Made by a program: the position numbers and the translations under genes. The notes under the pieces were generated by a model. That model was not told the origin of the DNA. It searched no databases and worked only from the letters and a program-made list of their open reading frames with translations. From Bacteroides sp. (GTDB lineage: Bacteria; Bacteroidota; Bacteroidia; Bacteroidales; Bacteroidaceae), in NCBI GenBank assembly GCA_020861095.1, contig JAJBTC010000022.1:68854-132853 (forward strand): 64,000 nt of DNA, given 5' to 3'. Shown here piece by piece: positions 26,568 to 36,509 of this stretch. Numbering within the stretch: position 1 is the stretch's first letter; every line of letters starts with the position of its first letter.

Positions 26568-29500
26568 TTATTTCTGTGTACCGGATGTTTGCAAATTCAT
26601 CCCATTCCTGGTTTTGATGTATTCCGTAGGTGTCATTCCGTACATCGCCTTGAAACATTTGGTAAAATAGGCCAGTGTACTGAATCCTGTTGCCATGGAA
26701 ACTTCCGATACATTCTTGTCTGTTTCGCACAACATGCGGGCGGCGATCTCCAGGCGTTTGGTGCGGATCAGGTCGTTGGGCGAAAGATCGGTAATGGCCT
26801 TGATCTTCCGGTAGAAATTGGTACGGCTGAATCCCATCTCTCCACAGATCAGCTCTACCCGGAGATCGGGATTAGAGAGATGCTTTTCGATCACAACGAA
26901 CAGCTTCTGCATAAATTTCTCATCTGCGGAGGTGGTCTCGATGCCCAGAGACTCTAAGGAGAAATTCTTTCCATGGGCCGCCTTGAGTTTCTCCCGCTGG
27001 GCAAGCAGGTTATGGATACGGATCAGCAACACATCCATGTGGAAGGGCTTCACCATATAGTCGTCTGCCCCGGTACGGTATCCCTCTTTGATGTGCATCA
27101 CCATGGTGCGGGCTGTGAGCAGGATAACGGGTATATGGCTGGTGCGCAGATCTTCCTTGAGCCTACCACAGAGTTCCAGACCGTCTACTCCCGGCATCAT
27201 GATATCGGTGACCACCAGATCGGGATACTCCTGCAATACCTTTTCAAACGCTCCGGCACCTTCTGCCGCTTCCAGCACGTTGTAATGGGGCTCGAGGTGC
27301 TGACGGATATAGGTCCGGATATCCGGATTGTCCTCTACCAGCAGAATGGTTTTGCCCGGTACCGCCTCCACTGCCGGAACCGGAGTGGTGGCAGTTACAG
27401 CCATACTTTCTCCGGTAGTAAAATCCTCTTCCGGATAGACAGTCCGGTCATTGGGGAGGATAACGGTAAAAACCGTTCCCTTGGGCTGGTGGGGAGATAC
27501 GCTCACCATTCCCCGGTGTAGCTTGACCACAGATTGCGTCAGACTCAGCCCGATCCCTGTTCCATGCGCATTATCCGCTGCTTTCCGCACATCCGTGATC
27601 TGATAGAAAGGAGCAAATACATGCTTGCGCTCTTCTTCGGGTATGCCTTTCCCGGTATCCGCTACCCGGATCACCACATAGGAAGAACCTTCTCCGACCT
27701 CGTATGCTTCCTCTGTCAGGAGAGAGGAATACTCTTTTTTCACCTTTTCACCGGACAAAACTTCCAGAGATAGAGTGACGGACTCACCAGCCACGGTAAA
27801 TTTGAACGCGTTGGAAAGCAGATTGAATACGGCCTTCTCCAACAGGTCGAAATCGAAACAGCCGGGTACCTCTTCTTCGGGAGCTTCGTAACGGAATCCG
27901 ATGCGGCGACCTTCGGCGATCTGCCTGAAAGCAAAATAGATCTCTTTCAGGAAGGCATTGATATCCGTCTGGGAAAGTTCCAGCTTCAGATGCCCGCTCT
28001 GGTTTTTCTGCAGGTCCATCAATTGATTGACCAACAGAAAAAGCCTGCGTGAGTTGCGCAATACCAATCGCAGCTTTTCCCGGATGGAAGCAGACAGATC
28101 AATCTGTTGCAACAGTTCCTCCAGCGGACTGATAACGAGTGTGAGCGGTGTACGCAGTTCATGGGAGAAGTTGGTAAAAAGCCGCACTTTGGTCTGGTGG
28201 AATTCCTCCAGGCGTTGTTTTTCCAGTTGCCGCATCCGCAGATTGTATTCCAACCTCTTTTTGGTATATACATGATAGCCGATGGTAGCTGTCACGGTCA
28301 GGAAAAGCAGCAGATAGGCCAGATACGCCCACGGGGTTTTCCACCAGGGAGGCAGAATAGTAATACGCAGGCTCTTGCCTGTCTCGTTCCAGTATCCGTC
28401 GTTGTTGGAAGCGATCACCCGGAAGATGTATTTCCCCGGTGCAATGTTGGTATAGTAGGCCTCTTTCCGGGTACCTACCTGATTCCAACCGGATTCGTGT
28501 CCTTCCAGCTGATAGGCGTATCGGTTCTGGGAATGATAGATGTAGTTCATCGCGCAATAGGCGATAGAAAAATTGTTCCGGTCGTATGTCAGCACCAGTT
28601 CATCGGTATCGTCTAATACATGAGTCAGCAATCCGGTACTGTCTCCCGATGTCACGGCAAAGTTGTTGACAGTGAGCCCGGTAAGCACCACCGGCGGCAG
28701 CCAGATATTCTCCACCAGTTCACCGGGCCGGAAAGAGAGAAACCCATTGCTACCGCTGAAATAAATCTCTCCGTCGGGCAGGCAGATCCCTCCATTCGGA
28801 GTAAACTCCAGTGCCTCCAGCCCATTCAGTGAGTCGTAATTCCGGATCTCTCCGGTAGCTGTCCGCAACTCCGTGATCCCTTTATCCAGGCTGATCCACA
28901 GATTGCCTTCATACTCTACCAGCGCGTAGACATGGTTGTTGGGTAGCCCGGCAGAAACATCTACTTTGCGACGGATCCCCTCGGTTTCATCGAACAGACA
29001 GATTCCTCCTCCAAACGTTCCAATCCAGATCTCACCATCCTCTTTACGAAGGATAGAGGTGATGTAATTGCTTTCCAGCCGGCGCGATTCCTGCTGCTCG
29101 GTAGTGCTGTACCGGATGAGCGTTTGCCGCGCGGCATCGTACTGATAAAGACCATAGGCACGGGTGCCGACGAGATAGACATCCTGTCTCAGCTCTAAGA
29201 AGGAACGGATACCGGGAAAGTTGACAAAAGAAGAGTCGCCCCCCACCGGGAATCGGTCGGTCTTCTTTCCGTCGGCGGAAAATTTCCACAGTCCTCTGCC
29301 GGAAGTAGTACCAACCCACAACGCGCCTTCCCGATCCCGGTGCATGGTATAGATACCTATGTTCTTCTCGCGATCAAACTGGTGATACAACGCAAAACGC
29401 CGGGTAGGTACATGAAAGCGATAGATAGCTCCATAGTTGGTACCGCACCAGATATAGTCGCCCTCCTGCATCAGAGACTTGATGATGTTGCGGTTGTGGT

Positions 29501-30749
29501 GACTGCCTCGTTGTTCATCCGGCAGATAGTTGGTATAGGATCGGGTACGCGGATCGAAGCGGAAAAGCCCTCCCCCTTCCGTGGCCATCCAGAGCACGTC
29601 GTCGAGAAAAAGCATGGTGCCAAAGATGCCGTATATCTCATAGACAGGATCTCCCTGCGGATGATAGAATACAAACCGGTTGTTGAGCGGGTTGTAGTAA
29701 TTCACCCCTCCGGCGTAGGTACCCACCCAAAGTGTACCCACCCTGTCTACATAGATGCTATACACTGAAAAATGACTCAGGCTGCTGCGGTTCACATCAA
29801 AAATAGGGTGCCGCGACAGGGTATTATCGAACAGATTGAGCATGCTCAGTCCGTCGAAGGTACCCACCATCAGCCCACCGTTATACTCCGCGAAGCATCG
29901 GATGTTGTTATCTTTAAGGCCACTGTTTTGCCGGGTATAATTTTCCAGTCGATTGCTCTGCCGATCCCAACGGTGTATGCCCTGGGTCTGACTGCCGATC
30001 CATACCTGACCGTTGGAATCTTCGAAAATGGAAGTCACACAGTTATCTGCCAGCGCAGGTTGCGTATCTGTACCTAATATATAGACCGGCTTCAGATCCG
30101 ATCCACATTTCCAGAGACCCCGGGTCTGCGTACCGATAAACAATGTACCCGCGCGGTCTTGGCAAAGTGACAGAATGGCCTCTTCTTCTGTCATTCCGGG
30201 CAACGGGATGGAGAGGAACTCTTCCCCGTCCGGCCCGGTATAGCAAAGTCCTGTACGGGTACCTACGATCAGACGTTCCTCCGCATCGAAGCAGAGGGCC
30301 AGAATATCGTTTCCAGCCAGGCCCGGAGTGTATTCCCGTTGATAAGAGGTGATACGGTCGGTTGCGAAGTCGAGGTAATTGAGCCCGTTGGTAGTACCCA
30401 CCCACAGTCCTTTGCCCGAAAGATCGGGCAACAATACCGTGGTATGGTTGTAAGAAAGACTATACGGGGGTTCACTCTCGTGCCGGTATACAGTAAACTG
30501 CTCTCCATCGTACCGGTTGAGACCGTTGCGGGTAGCAAACCACATATATCCTTTGGCATCTTCACAGATACTCAGAATGGAGAGCTGTGAAAGGCCGTCT
30601 TTCAGATTGATGTTGGAAAAATAGAACGCGCGGTCCTCACTGGCCCTGACAGGCATCAGGCACATACAGAAAACAAACAGGAATAGAGTTTTCCTTCTCA
30701 ACAGTCGGTCGTGTTCCATAGTTACATGTGGTAGTAATAGAGAATACAA
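26568..30749 (-). CDS. Hybrid two-component system regulator (HTCS): periplasmic beta-propeller/Y_Y_Y sensor, HisKA, HATPase, REC and AraC HTH
   Basis: 1393 aa. Motifs FSHELRTPLT, GTGIGLS, LLVEDNPDIR..DIMMPGVDG and a C-terminal AraC-type HTH. A more likely start is MEHDRLL at 30719. Confidence 0.93.
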   Translation of the reverse strand: MYSLLLPHVTMEHDRLLRRKTLFLFVFCMCLMPVRASEDRAFYFSNINLKDGLSQLSILSICEDAKGYMWFATRNGLNRYDGEQFTVYRHESEPPYSLSYNHTTVLLPDLSGKGLWVGTTNGLNYLDFATDRITSYQREYTPGLAGNDILALCFDAEERLIVGTRTGLCYTGPDGEEFLSIPLPGMTEEEAILSLCQDRAGTLFIGTQTRGLWKCGSDLKPVYILGTDTQPALADNCVTSIFEDSNGQVWIGSQTQGIHRWDRQSNRLENYTRQNSGLKDNNIRCFAEYNGGLMVGTFDGLSMLNLFDNTLSRHPIFDVNRSSLSHFSVYSIYVDRVGTLWVGTYAGGVNYYNPLNNRFVFYHPQGDPVYEIYGIFGTMLFLDDVLWMATEGGGLFRFDPRTRSYTNYLPDEQRGSHHNRNIIKSLMQEGDYIWCGTNYGAIYRFHVPTRRFALYHQFDREKNIGIYTMHRDREGALWVGTTSGRGLWKFSADGKKTDRFPVGGDSSFVNFPGIRSFLELRQDVYLVGTRAYGLYQYDAARQTLIRYSTTEQQESRRLESNYITSILRKEDGEIWIGTFGGGICLFDETEGIRRKVDVSAGLPNNHVYALVEYEGNLWISLDKGITELRTATGEIRNYDSLNGLEALEFTPNGGICLPDGEIYFSGSNGFLSFRPGELVENIWLPPVVLTGLTVNNFAVTSGDSTGLLTHVLDDTDELVLTYDRNNFSIAYCAMNYIYHSQNRYAYQLEGHESGWNQVGTRKEAYYTNIAPGKYIFRVIASNNDGYWNETGKSLRITILPPWWKTPWAYLAYLLLFLTVTATIGYHVYTKKRLEYNLRMRQLEKQRLEEFHQTKVRLFTNFSHELRTPLTLVISPLEELLQQIDLSASIREKLRLVLRNSRRLFLLVNQLMDLQKNQSGHLKLELSQTDINAFLKEIYFAFRQIAEGRRIGFRYEAPEEEVPGCFDFDLLEKAVFNLLSNAFKFTVAGESVTLSLEVLSGEKVKKEYSSLLTEEAYEVGEGSSYVVIRVADTGKGIPEEERKHVFAPFYQITDVRKAADNAHGTGIGLSLTQSVVKLHRGMVSVSPHQPKGTVFTVILPNDRTVYPEEDFTTGESMAVTATTPVPAVEAVPGKTILLVEDNPDIRTYIRQHLEPHYNVLEAAEGAGAFEKVLQEYPDLVVTDIMMPGVDGLELCGRLKEDLRTSHIPVILLTARTMVMHIKEGYRTGADDYMVKPFHMDVLLIRIHNLLAQREKLKAAHGKNFSLESLGIETTSADEKFMQKLFVVIEKHLSNPDLRVELICGEMGFSRTNFYRKIKAITDLSPNDLIRTKRLEIAARMLCETDKNVSEVSMATGFSTLAYFTKCFKAMYGMTPTEYIKTRNGMNLQTSGTQK

Positions 30750-30753
30750 AAAT

Positions 30754-30777
30754 AGGGTTTCTTTGGAAAGAAACCCT
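30754..30777 (-). terminator. Terminator hairpin after folK
   Basis: Perfect palindrome agggtttctttggaaagaaaccct, followed on the minus strand by atttttgtatt. Confidence 0.55.
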
Positions 30778-30835
30778 GTATACGGTTGTGTTTTTTACCT
30801 CAAATGACGAAAAGTAAGGTGCGGATCCCTAACCC

Positions 30836-31318
30836 TTAATCAGCAGGCTGCTGATCTGTAAGCAAAGGCAATAAGTCCCTTATTGATTGATGCCACACAG
30901 GATGGATCAGATCCGGAGCAATCTCTGCCAGAGGCTCCAGTACAAACTTTCTTTCGGTCATCAACGGATGGGGAATAGAAAGCCCGGGACTTTCATAGAC
31001 CAGAGCGTCGTACAGTAAGATATCCAGATCGATGATACGATCTGCATACTTCCCTCCGGACGTCTTGCACAGTCGACCCATCTCCCTTTCAATACCCCGT
31101 AAATGTTTCAGTACCTCTTCCGGAGCCCACAGCGTATCTACCCCTATCGCGGCGTTCACAAATGTATTCCGTGACTCGAATCCCCAGGGTTCGGTATGAT
31201 AAAAAGCGGATCGGGAAATCACTTTCCCCACCCGCTCTTCTATCTTCCGGATGGCCCGATACAGATTTTCCTCTTTATCGCCCAGGTTGCTTCCCAGACC
31301 CAGATAAACTGTTGCCAT
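30836..31318 (-). CDS. folK: 2-amino-4-hydroxy-6-hydroxymethyldihydropteridine diphosphokinase
   Basis: 160 aa. Motifs YLGLGSNLGD, DLDILLY and PHP. Confidence 0.92.
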   Translation of the reverse strand: MATVYLGLGSNLGDKEENLYRAIRKIEERVGKVISRSAFYHTEPWGFESRNTFVNAAIGVDTLWAPEEVLKHLRGIEREMGRLCKTSGGKYADRIIDLDILLYDALVYESPGLSIPHPLMTERKFVLEPLAEIAPDLIHPVWHQSIRDLLPLLTDQQPAD

Positions 31319-31332
31319 CGTTGTATATGTTG

Positions 31333-32391
31333 TTATTTATCCAAGATCAGCATGGCATCTCCATAGGTACCGAACCGATACTCCTCTTTGATCGCTACCT
31401 GATAGGCATCCATCACCAGATCGTATCCGCCAAATGCCGCTGCTACCATCAGCAGGGTGGAAAGAGGCATGTGGAAATTGGAAACCATACTGTCTGCCAC
31501 CGAAAATTCATACGGCGGGAAGATGAATTTGTTGGTCCACCCTTCGTATTCCTTCAGATGGCCGTCTGTACTTACCGTACTCTCCATAGCACGCATCACC
31601 GTAGTGCCTACCGCGCACACATGCTTACCCAGGTCTTTGGCACGATTGACGATCCTTACAGCGTCGGGGCCTACCACCATCTGTTCCGAATCCATCTTAT
31701 GCTTGGTCAGATCTTCCACATCGATATCCCGGAAGTTGCCCAGGCCTGCATGCAACGTAATATAAGCGAAATCGATCCCTTTGATCTCCATACGCTTCAA
31801 CAGCTCACGACTGAAATGAAGGCTGGCCGTAGGAGCGGTAACCGCCCCTTCGTTCTTAGCAAAGATAGACTGGAAACGCTCGGCATCTTCCGGCTCTACG
31901 GGACGGTTGATGATGCTATGCGGCAGCGGAGTCTCTCCCAACGCGTACAGGGCTTTTTTGAATTCATCGTGCGGTCCGTCGTACAGGAAACGCAACGTGC
32001 GGCCACGCGAAGTGGTATTATCGATCACCTCGGCTACCATAGGGTCGTCCGGACCGAAATAGAGTTTGTTTCCGATACGGATCTTACGCGCCGGATCTAC
32101 CAGCACATCCCACAGACGCAACTCTTCGTTGAGCTCACGCAGCAGGAAAACCTCGATACGGGCACTGGTCTTCTCCTTATTGCCATAGAGGCGGGCAGGG
32201 AATACCTTGGTGTCGTTGAAAACGAAAACATCTTTATCATCGAAATAATCGAGAATGTCTTTAAACAGTTTGTATTCAATCTTTCCTGTCTGTTTGTGAA
32301 GCACCATTAAACGCGATTCGTCTCTGTACTTGGTAGGGTGCAAAGCAATTCTTTCTTCCGGTAATTTAAATTTAAATTGAGACAGCTTCAT
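31333..32391 (-). CDS. queA: tRNA preQ1(34) S-adenosylmethionine ribosyltransferase-isomerase
   Basis: 352 aa. N-terminus [32 protein letters not shown]-terminal [11 protein letters not shown]. Confidence 0.96.
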   Translation of the reverse strand: MKLSQFKFKLPEERIALHPTKYRDESRLMVLHKQTGKIEYKLFKDILDYFDDKDVFVFNDTKVFPARLYGNKEKTSARIEVFLLRELNEELRLWDVLVDPARKIRIGNKLYFGPDDPMVAEVIDNTTSRGRTLRFLYDGPHDEFKKALYALGETPLPHSIINRPVEPEDAERFQSIFAKNEGAVTAPTASLHFSRELLKRMEIKGIDFAYITLHAGLGNFRDIDVEDLTKHKMDSEQMVVGPDAVRIVNRAKDLGKHVCAVGTTVMRAMESTVSTDGHLKEYEGWTNKFIFPPYEFSVADSMVSNFHMPLSTLLMVAAAFGGYDLVMDAYQVAIKEEYRFGTYGDAMLILDK

Positions 32392-32411
32392 ACTTTTTCT
32401 CTCCTTCTATA

Positions 32412-33113
32412 TTAATTATCTGTTTCTATATCCTGCGTATCCAGCCACGTAGGAAAATCCTCCGGCTCCATGCAGTCTTCCAGGCGGATCTCCCCTACCC
32501 GGGTACGTATCAATCCCGTCAGGTGGGCTCCGCTTTCCAGCGCTTCGCCTATGTCGCGTGCCAGGGCACGTATATAGGTCCCTTTGCTGCAAACCACCCG
32601 TATCCGGATCTCCGGCAGGTGGCACTCCAGCAGCTCTATCTCATCAATAACAAGCAACTTAGGTTTCAGTTCGACCTCTTTTCCTTTGCGTGCCAGGTCA
32701 TACGCACGGGTGCCGTTGACCATACAGGCAGAAAAAGCAGGCGGTATCTGCTGTATCTCTCCGACAAACCGGGTGAGCACCTCTTTTACCTTTTCACAGG
32801 TGATATGGTCGGTCGGATAGGTAGCATCAATCTCTTTTTCCAGATCGTAAGAAGGAGTAGTAGCTCCCAACTGAATGGTAGCGATATATTCCTTGGTCTG
32901 GTACTGAAACTCCTCAATACGTTTAGTAGCCTTGCCGGTACAGATGATCATGACACCGGTGGCCAATGGGTCCAATGTACCTGCGTGACCCACTTTTAAT
33001 TTCTTTATGCCCATCTTGCGGCACAATTGCAACCGGATGCGGGAGACCAGGTGGAACGAAGTCCAGCGCAACGGTTTGTTGAAACAAAGGATCTCTCCTT
33101 CTTTAAAATTCAT
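32412..33113 (-). CDS. truB: tRNA pseudouridine(55) synthase
   Basis: 233 aa with catalytic motif GHAGTLDPLATGV. Confidence 0.95.
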   Translation of the reverse strand: MNFKEGEILCFNKPLRWTSFHLVSRIRLQLCRKMGIKKLKVGHAGTLDPLATGVMIICTGKATKRIEEFQYQTKEYIATIQLGATTPSYDLEKEIDATYPTDHITCEKVKEVLTRFVGEIQQIPPAFSACMVNGTRAYDLARKGKEVELKPKLLVIDEIELLECHLPEIRIRVVCSKGTYIRALARDIGEALESGAHLTGLIRTRVGEIRLEDCMEPEDFPTWLDTQDIETDN

Positions 33114-33923
33114 TTAGTGTTGTAAGAATGAAAAAATAAGAACAGCTACCCCTGCCAACGCGCAGTACACGGCAAAATAAACCAGTTTTCCCTTTTTAAC
33201 GATATTGATCATCCAGCGACAGGCAAAACAACCCGATATAAAAGCAGCGATAAAACCTACGATCAGCGATACGGTGGGAATACCGGAAGCCGCCGGGCTG
33301 AACTGACCTTGCATCAGATCCAGCAACGCTTCACCTGCAATGGGTGCCAGTACCATCAGGAAAGAAAACTGCGCGATAGCCTCTTTTCTGTTTCCCAACA
33401 GCAATCCTGTAGCGATGGTAGTACCTGAACGGGAAAGTCCCGGAAACACGGCACACGCCTGTGAAATCCCGATAATCAATGCATCCCGGGCAGAGATCTT
33501 GTCTTTCTGACGGGGCCTGGCATAATAAGAGAAGGTCAATAACACAGCTGTTACCAGCAACATAGCTCCTACCAGATACAAACCACCCTGCTCAAAAATG
33601 GCTTCCAGCTGATCTTTGAATACAAACCCTACTATGCCAATAGGGATCATGGAAAGCAGGAGATTCGCCGCATATCGCTTCTCATCATTCCAGTGGGGGT
33701 TAAACACTCCTTTCACGATCCATTCAATCTCTTTCCAGAGAACCACAATCGTACTTAGCATAGTAGCCGCATGCACAGCTATTGCAAAAGTAAGGTATTG
33801 CTCTCCCGACATATCCAGACCAAACATAGCGGATCCGATGGCCAGATGGCCGCTACTGCTCACAGGGAGATACTCTGTCAGGCCCTGGATGAGTCCCAGG
33901 ATCAATGCTTCTAACCAATTCAT
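33114..33923 (-). CDS. uppP: Undecaprenyl-diphosphate phosphatase
   Basis: 269 aa, polytopic. Motifs PVSSSGHL and [10 protein letters not shown]. Confidence 0.95.
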   Translation of the reverse strand: MNWLEALILGLIQGLTEYLPVSSSGHLAIGSAMFGLDMSGEQYLTFAIAVHAATMLSTIVVLWKEIEWIVKGVFNPHWNDEKRYAANLLLSMIPIGIVGFVFKDQLEAIFEQGGLYLVGAMLLVTAVLLTFSYYARPRQKDKISARDALIIGISQACAVFPGLSRSGTTIATGLLLGNRKEAIAQFSFLMVLAPIAGEALLDLMQGQFSPAASGIPTVSLIVGFIAAFISGCFACRWMINIVKKGKLVYFAVYCALAGVAVLIFSFLQH

Positions 33924-34162
33924 TCTGTTTCTTTTAAAGTTTTAGGTTTACGCATAATGCCATAGATCATAAAAAGAAACCCGGACAAACAGACTACCGG
34001 TGCCACTTTTATCCGACGTACACTGAATATATCCGGTTCGAAAGCGGTCTCTGTAGACACAGGACCCGTCATAAGTAAAAACCCAATCACTACCACCACC
34101 ATACCGGCAGCCAATAGGATAAAGTTGATCTTATCAAAGGCAAATTTTTGCTTATCAGCCAT
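33920..34162 (-). CDS. Small membrane protein, DUF3098-like
   Basis: 80 aa with two TM segments. Its ATGA overlaps uppP. The position between ftsX and uppP is conserved in Bacteroidales. Confidence 0.6.
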   Translation of the reverse strand: MADKQKFAFDKINFILLAAGMVVVVIGFLLMTGPVSTETAFEPDIFSVRRIKVAPVVCLSGFLFMIYGIMRKPKTLKETE

Positions 34163-34187
34163 TTCTTTTTTGATTTTTGGTTAATGA

Positions 34188-35069
34188 TTATATATAGTAC
34201 AATGTACTTGCTTGCATGCGCAGGTATTTGTTGATCGATATCAGGGCACACATCCAGGTGATCAGCACGCCGAAGATCAGTACGGCTCCTGCCACCAATA
34301 ACATAATATCCGGTGTTACTACCCGGATCAGTTCAGGTTCATACATCACCAGATAATAAGCTCCTCCCATCAGTATGGCATCTGCCAGCAAGGCGGAAAG
34401 CACACCGACCCAGAAGTTACGCGCCAGAAAAGGCCTGCGGATAAATCCCCAGCTGGCTCCCACTAACTTCATCGTATGGATCAGAAAGCGCTTGGAGTAG
34501 ATGGTCAGGCGTATGGTATTGTTGATCAGCGCGAAAGAGATCAATGTCAACACCGCTGCCATACCCAGCAGTCCCAGACTGATCTTCCGGATGTTCTCAT
34601 TCACCGCGTCGATTAGTTCTTTGCGGTAAAGTACATCCTGAATATCGGTATTGCTCCGGATCTGCTCTTCTATCTGAGCGATACTGTCCGAATTGGCATA
34701 GATGGAGTGAAGCCGGATCTCGATCGAAGCGGTAAACGGATTATACCCCAGAAACTCCTGCGGGTCCGCCCCTATTGACTCGGACAGTTCGGAAAGAGCC
34801 TGCTCTTTCGAAATATAGTCCGTAGACTTCACAAACGGTTCCTGATTGAGCGTCCGCTGCAACTTCAGGATATCCGCCTCCTTCATATCTTCACTTAACA
34901 GGATAGAGAAGCTAATGTTCTCTTTCACATATACAGAAAGGTTATTGGCCGCCAGCACAAAAAACACCACCAGCCCCAGCAACAGCAATACCAGCATGGT
35001 ACTGATCGTGGAGGTGATGAATTGCATGTCGAAATAGGTGACCGAATGGTTTCCGCGTTTTCTGCTCAT
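34188..35069 (-). CDS. ftsX: Cell-division ABC-transporter permease-like protein FtsX
   Basis: FtsX topology: TM, extracellular domain, then three TM segments. The start at MSRKRGNHSV (35069) overlaps the upstream stop as ATGA. The ORF is open to 35168. Confidence 0.85.
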   Translation of the reverse strand: MSRKRGNHSVTYFDMQFITSTISTMLVLLLLGLVVFFVLAANNLSVYVKENISFSILLSEDMKEADILKLQRTLNQEPFVKSTDYISKEQALSELSESIGADPQEFLGYNPFTASIEIRLHSIYANSDSIAQIEEQIRSNTDIQDVLYRKELIDAVNENIRKISLGLLGMAAVLTLISFALINNTIRLTIYSKRFLIHTMKLVGASWGFIRRPFLARNFWVGVLSALLADAILMGGAYYLVMYEPELIRVVTPDIMLLVAGAVLIFGVLITWMCALISINKYLRMQASTLYYI

Positions 35070-35968
35070 CCTTGTTTTTTTCTGAATATATAGATCAGGG
35101 AACTGCTTCTGTCTTTGCGGCTCCAGGTACTTCTCCAGGCCGCCAGACCCGTCAGCACTCCTTTCCACAAGGGAAAGCGGCTACCTTTGTATTTTTCACT
35201 CAGCATGGATACGTAAAAGGCATCGAAAGGCATCGGATAACGTGCAGCCAGGGTCAGCCCGTGCCGCGCACCTAAGGCCTGTATGGTGGCCGGAGTGAAA
35301 TGCCACAGGTGACGGGGTACATCGTAGGCAGCCCAGTATGTACCGTATCTCTCCGCGTCATAAGAAGACCGATTAGGTACGGCAATGATCAATACGCCTT
35401 CATCGGCAAGCAATTCCGCCAATCTGCTCATCCAGGCGTTCAGAGGCTCTATATGCTCCAGCACATGCCACAGAGTGATCACATCGAAACTTCCCGGATC
35501 CCATTGCCACAAAGCCTCCTCTTCACGGACTTTCATTCCAAAAGCCTGAAAAGCAAATCTCCGGGCATCCGGATCTTTTTCTATCGCTTCCACTTTCCAT
35601 CCCCGACTGATCATGGTAGCCGGAAAATATCCCGTACCTGTTCCTACATCCAGCAAACGTCCGTGACGCAGATGAGAGGTCCGGCAAACCAACCGGGCTT
35701 TCTGCACCAGCATATATTTCCGGACCTGATGATAAAGAAAGTTGATCAGACCTTTCCGGGTATCGGAATGGGAGACATATTCGGCCGAAGCATAATACCT
35801 GCCTATCTCTGCGGCCACAGGAAAGTCCTGTGTGAAAACAAATCCACAGCGCTGACAACTGCATAACTCATACGGATCACCGGAAACAAAAAAATCCGTA
35901 CATGCAGAGACATGACCGAACTCCTTTCCCTCACATACCGGGCAGACATTTACCGTGAATTTATTCAT
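35066..35968 (-). CDS. Class I SAM-dependent methyltransferase with an N-terminal Zn-ribbon
   Basis: CPVCEGKEF..CQRCGF, then motif I LLDVGTGTGYF. The ORF is open to 35992. Confidence 0.8.
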   Translation of the reverse strand: MNKFTVNVCPVCEGKEFGHVSACTDFFVSGDPYELCSCQRCGFVFTQDFPVAAEIGRYYASAEYVSHSDTRKGLINFLYHQVRKYMLVQKARLVCRTSHLRHGRLLDVGTGTGYFPATMISRGWKVEAIEKDPDARRFAFQAFGMKVREEEALWQWDPGSFDVITLWHVLEHIEPLNAWMSRLAELLADEGVLIIAVPNRSSYDAERYGTYWAAYDVPRHLWHFTPATIQALGARHGLTLAARYPMPFDAFYVSMLSEKYKGSRFPLWKGVLTGLAAWRSTWSRKDRSSSLIYIFRKKQG

Positions 35969-36117
35969 TGACCTTGTACATACAACTAACAAAGAGAAGA
36001 TACCATACAGGCACTTTATTCCCGAATTTGGTGCAAAGAAACAAATAAAAAGCGATGGGAAACAGATTCTTTAAGGTCTTTTAATAATATAGTAAAACAA
36101 TTCATGGCCAAAAACCG

Positions 36118-36125
36118 TATATTTG
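36118..36125 (+). promoter_or_regulatory. Candidate Bacteroidetes -7 promoter box (TAtaTTTG) for the PspC-domain gene
   Basis: Matches TAnnTTTG and lies 29 nt upstream of the ATG at 36154. Confidence 0.4.
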
Positions 36126-36153
36126 TTTTACGTACGATCTAACCCCTATTGAG

Positions 36154-36348
36154 ATGAATCCACACAAAAGACTAACCAGATCCGCAAACCGCATGCTTGC
36201 AGGCGTTTGCGGAGGAATCGCGGAATATTTCGGATGGGATCCGACGTGGGTGCGTATAGCCTATGTCCTGCTGACTTTTTTCACCTTGTTCTCAGGAGGA
36301 TTTGTTTACATCCTGCTCTGGATCATTATGCCGGAACCCAGACGCTGA
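36154..36348 (+). CDS. PspC-domain membrane protein
   Basis: 64 aa. The segment RMLAGVCGGIAEYFGWDPTWVRIAYVL is the PspC signature. Confidence 0.85.
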   Translation: MNPHKRLTRSANRMLAGVCGGIAEYFGWDPTWVRIAYVLLTFFTLFSGGFVYILLWIIMPEPRR

Positions 36349-36352
36349 AGCT

Positions 36353-36509
36353 ATTTACGAATGGACGATTTACGATTTACGATTTAAATTACATTTTACC
36401 CATTTATAAATCAGACATACATATACGTCTTTACATGCTTTCATAATGGTTAAATCAATATTCTCTTTTGTATTCTCTATCGTAAATCGTAAATCGTCCA
36501 TTCGTAAAT
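36353..36509. repeat. J-type inverted-repeat element: 31-bp perfect IRs separated by 95 bp
   Basis: atttacgaatggacgatttacgatttacgat (36353-36383) is the exact reverse complement of 36479-36509. The arms contain ACGATTT heptad repeats. The interior holds a degenerate H unit, cagacatacatatacgtctttaca. Confidence 0.85.
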
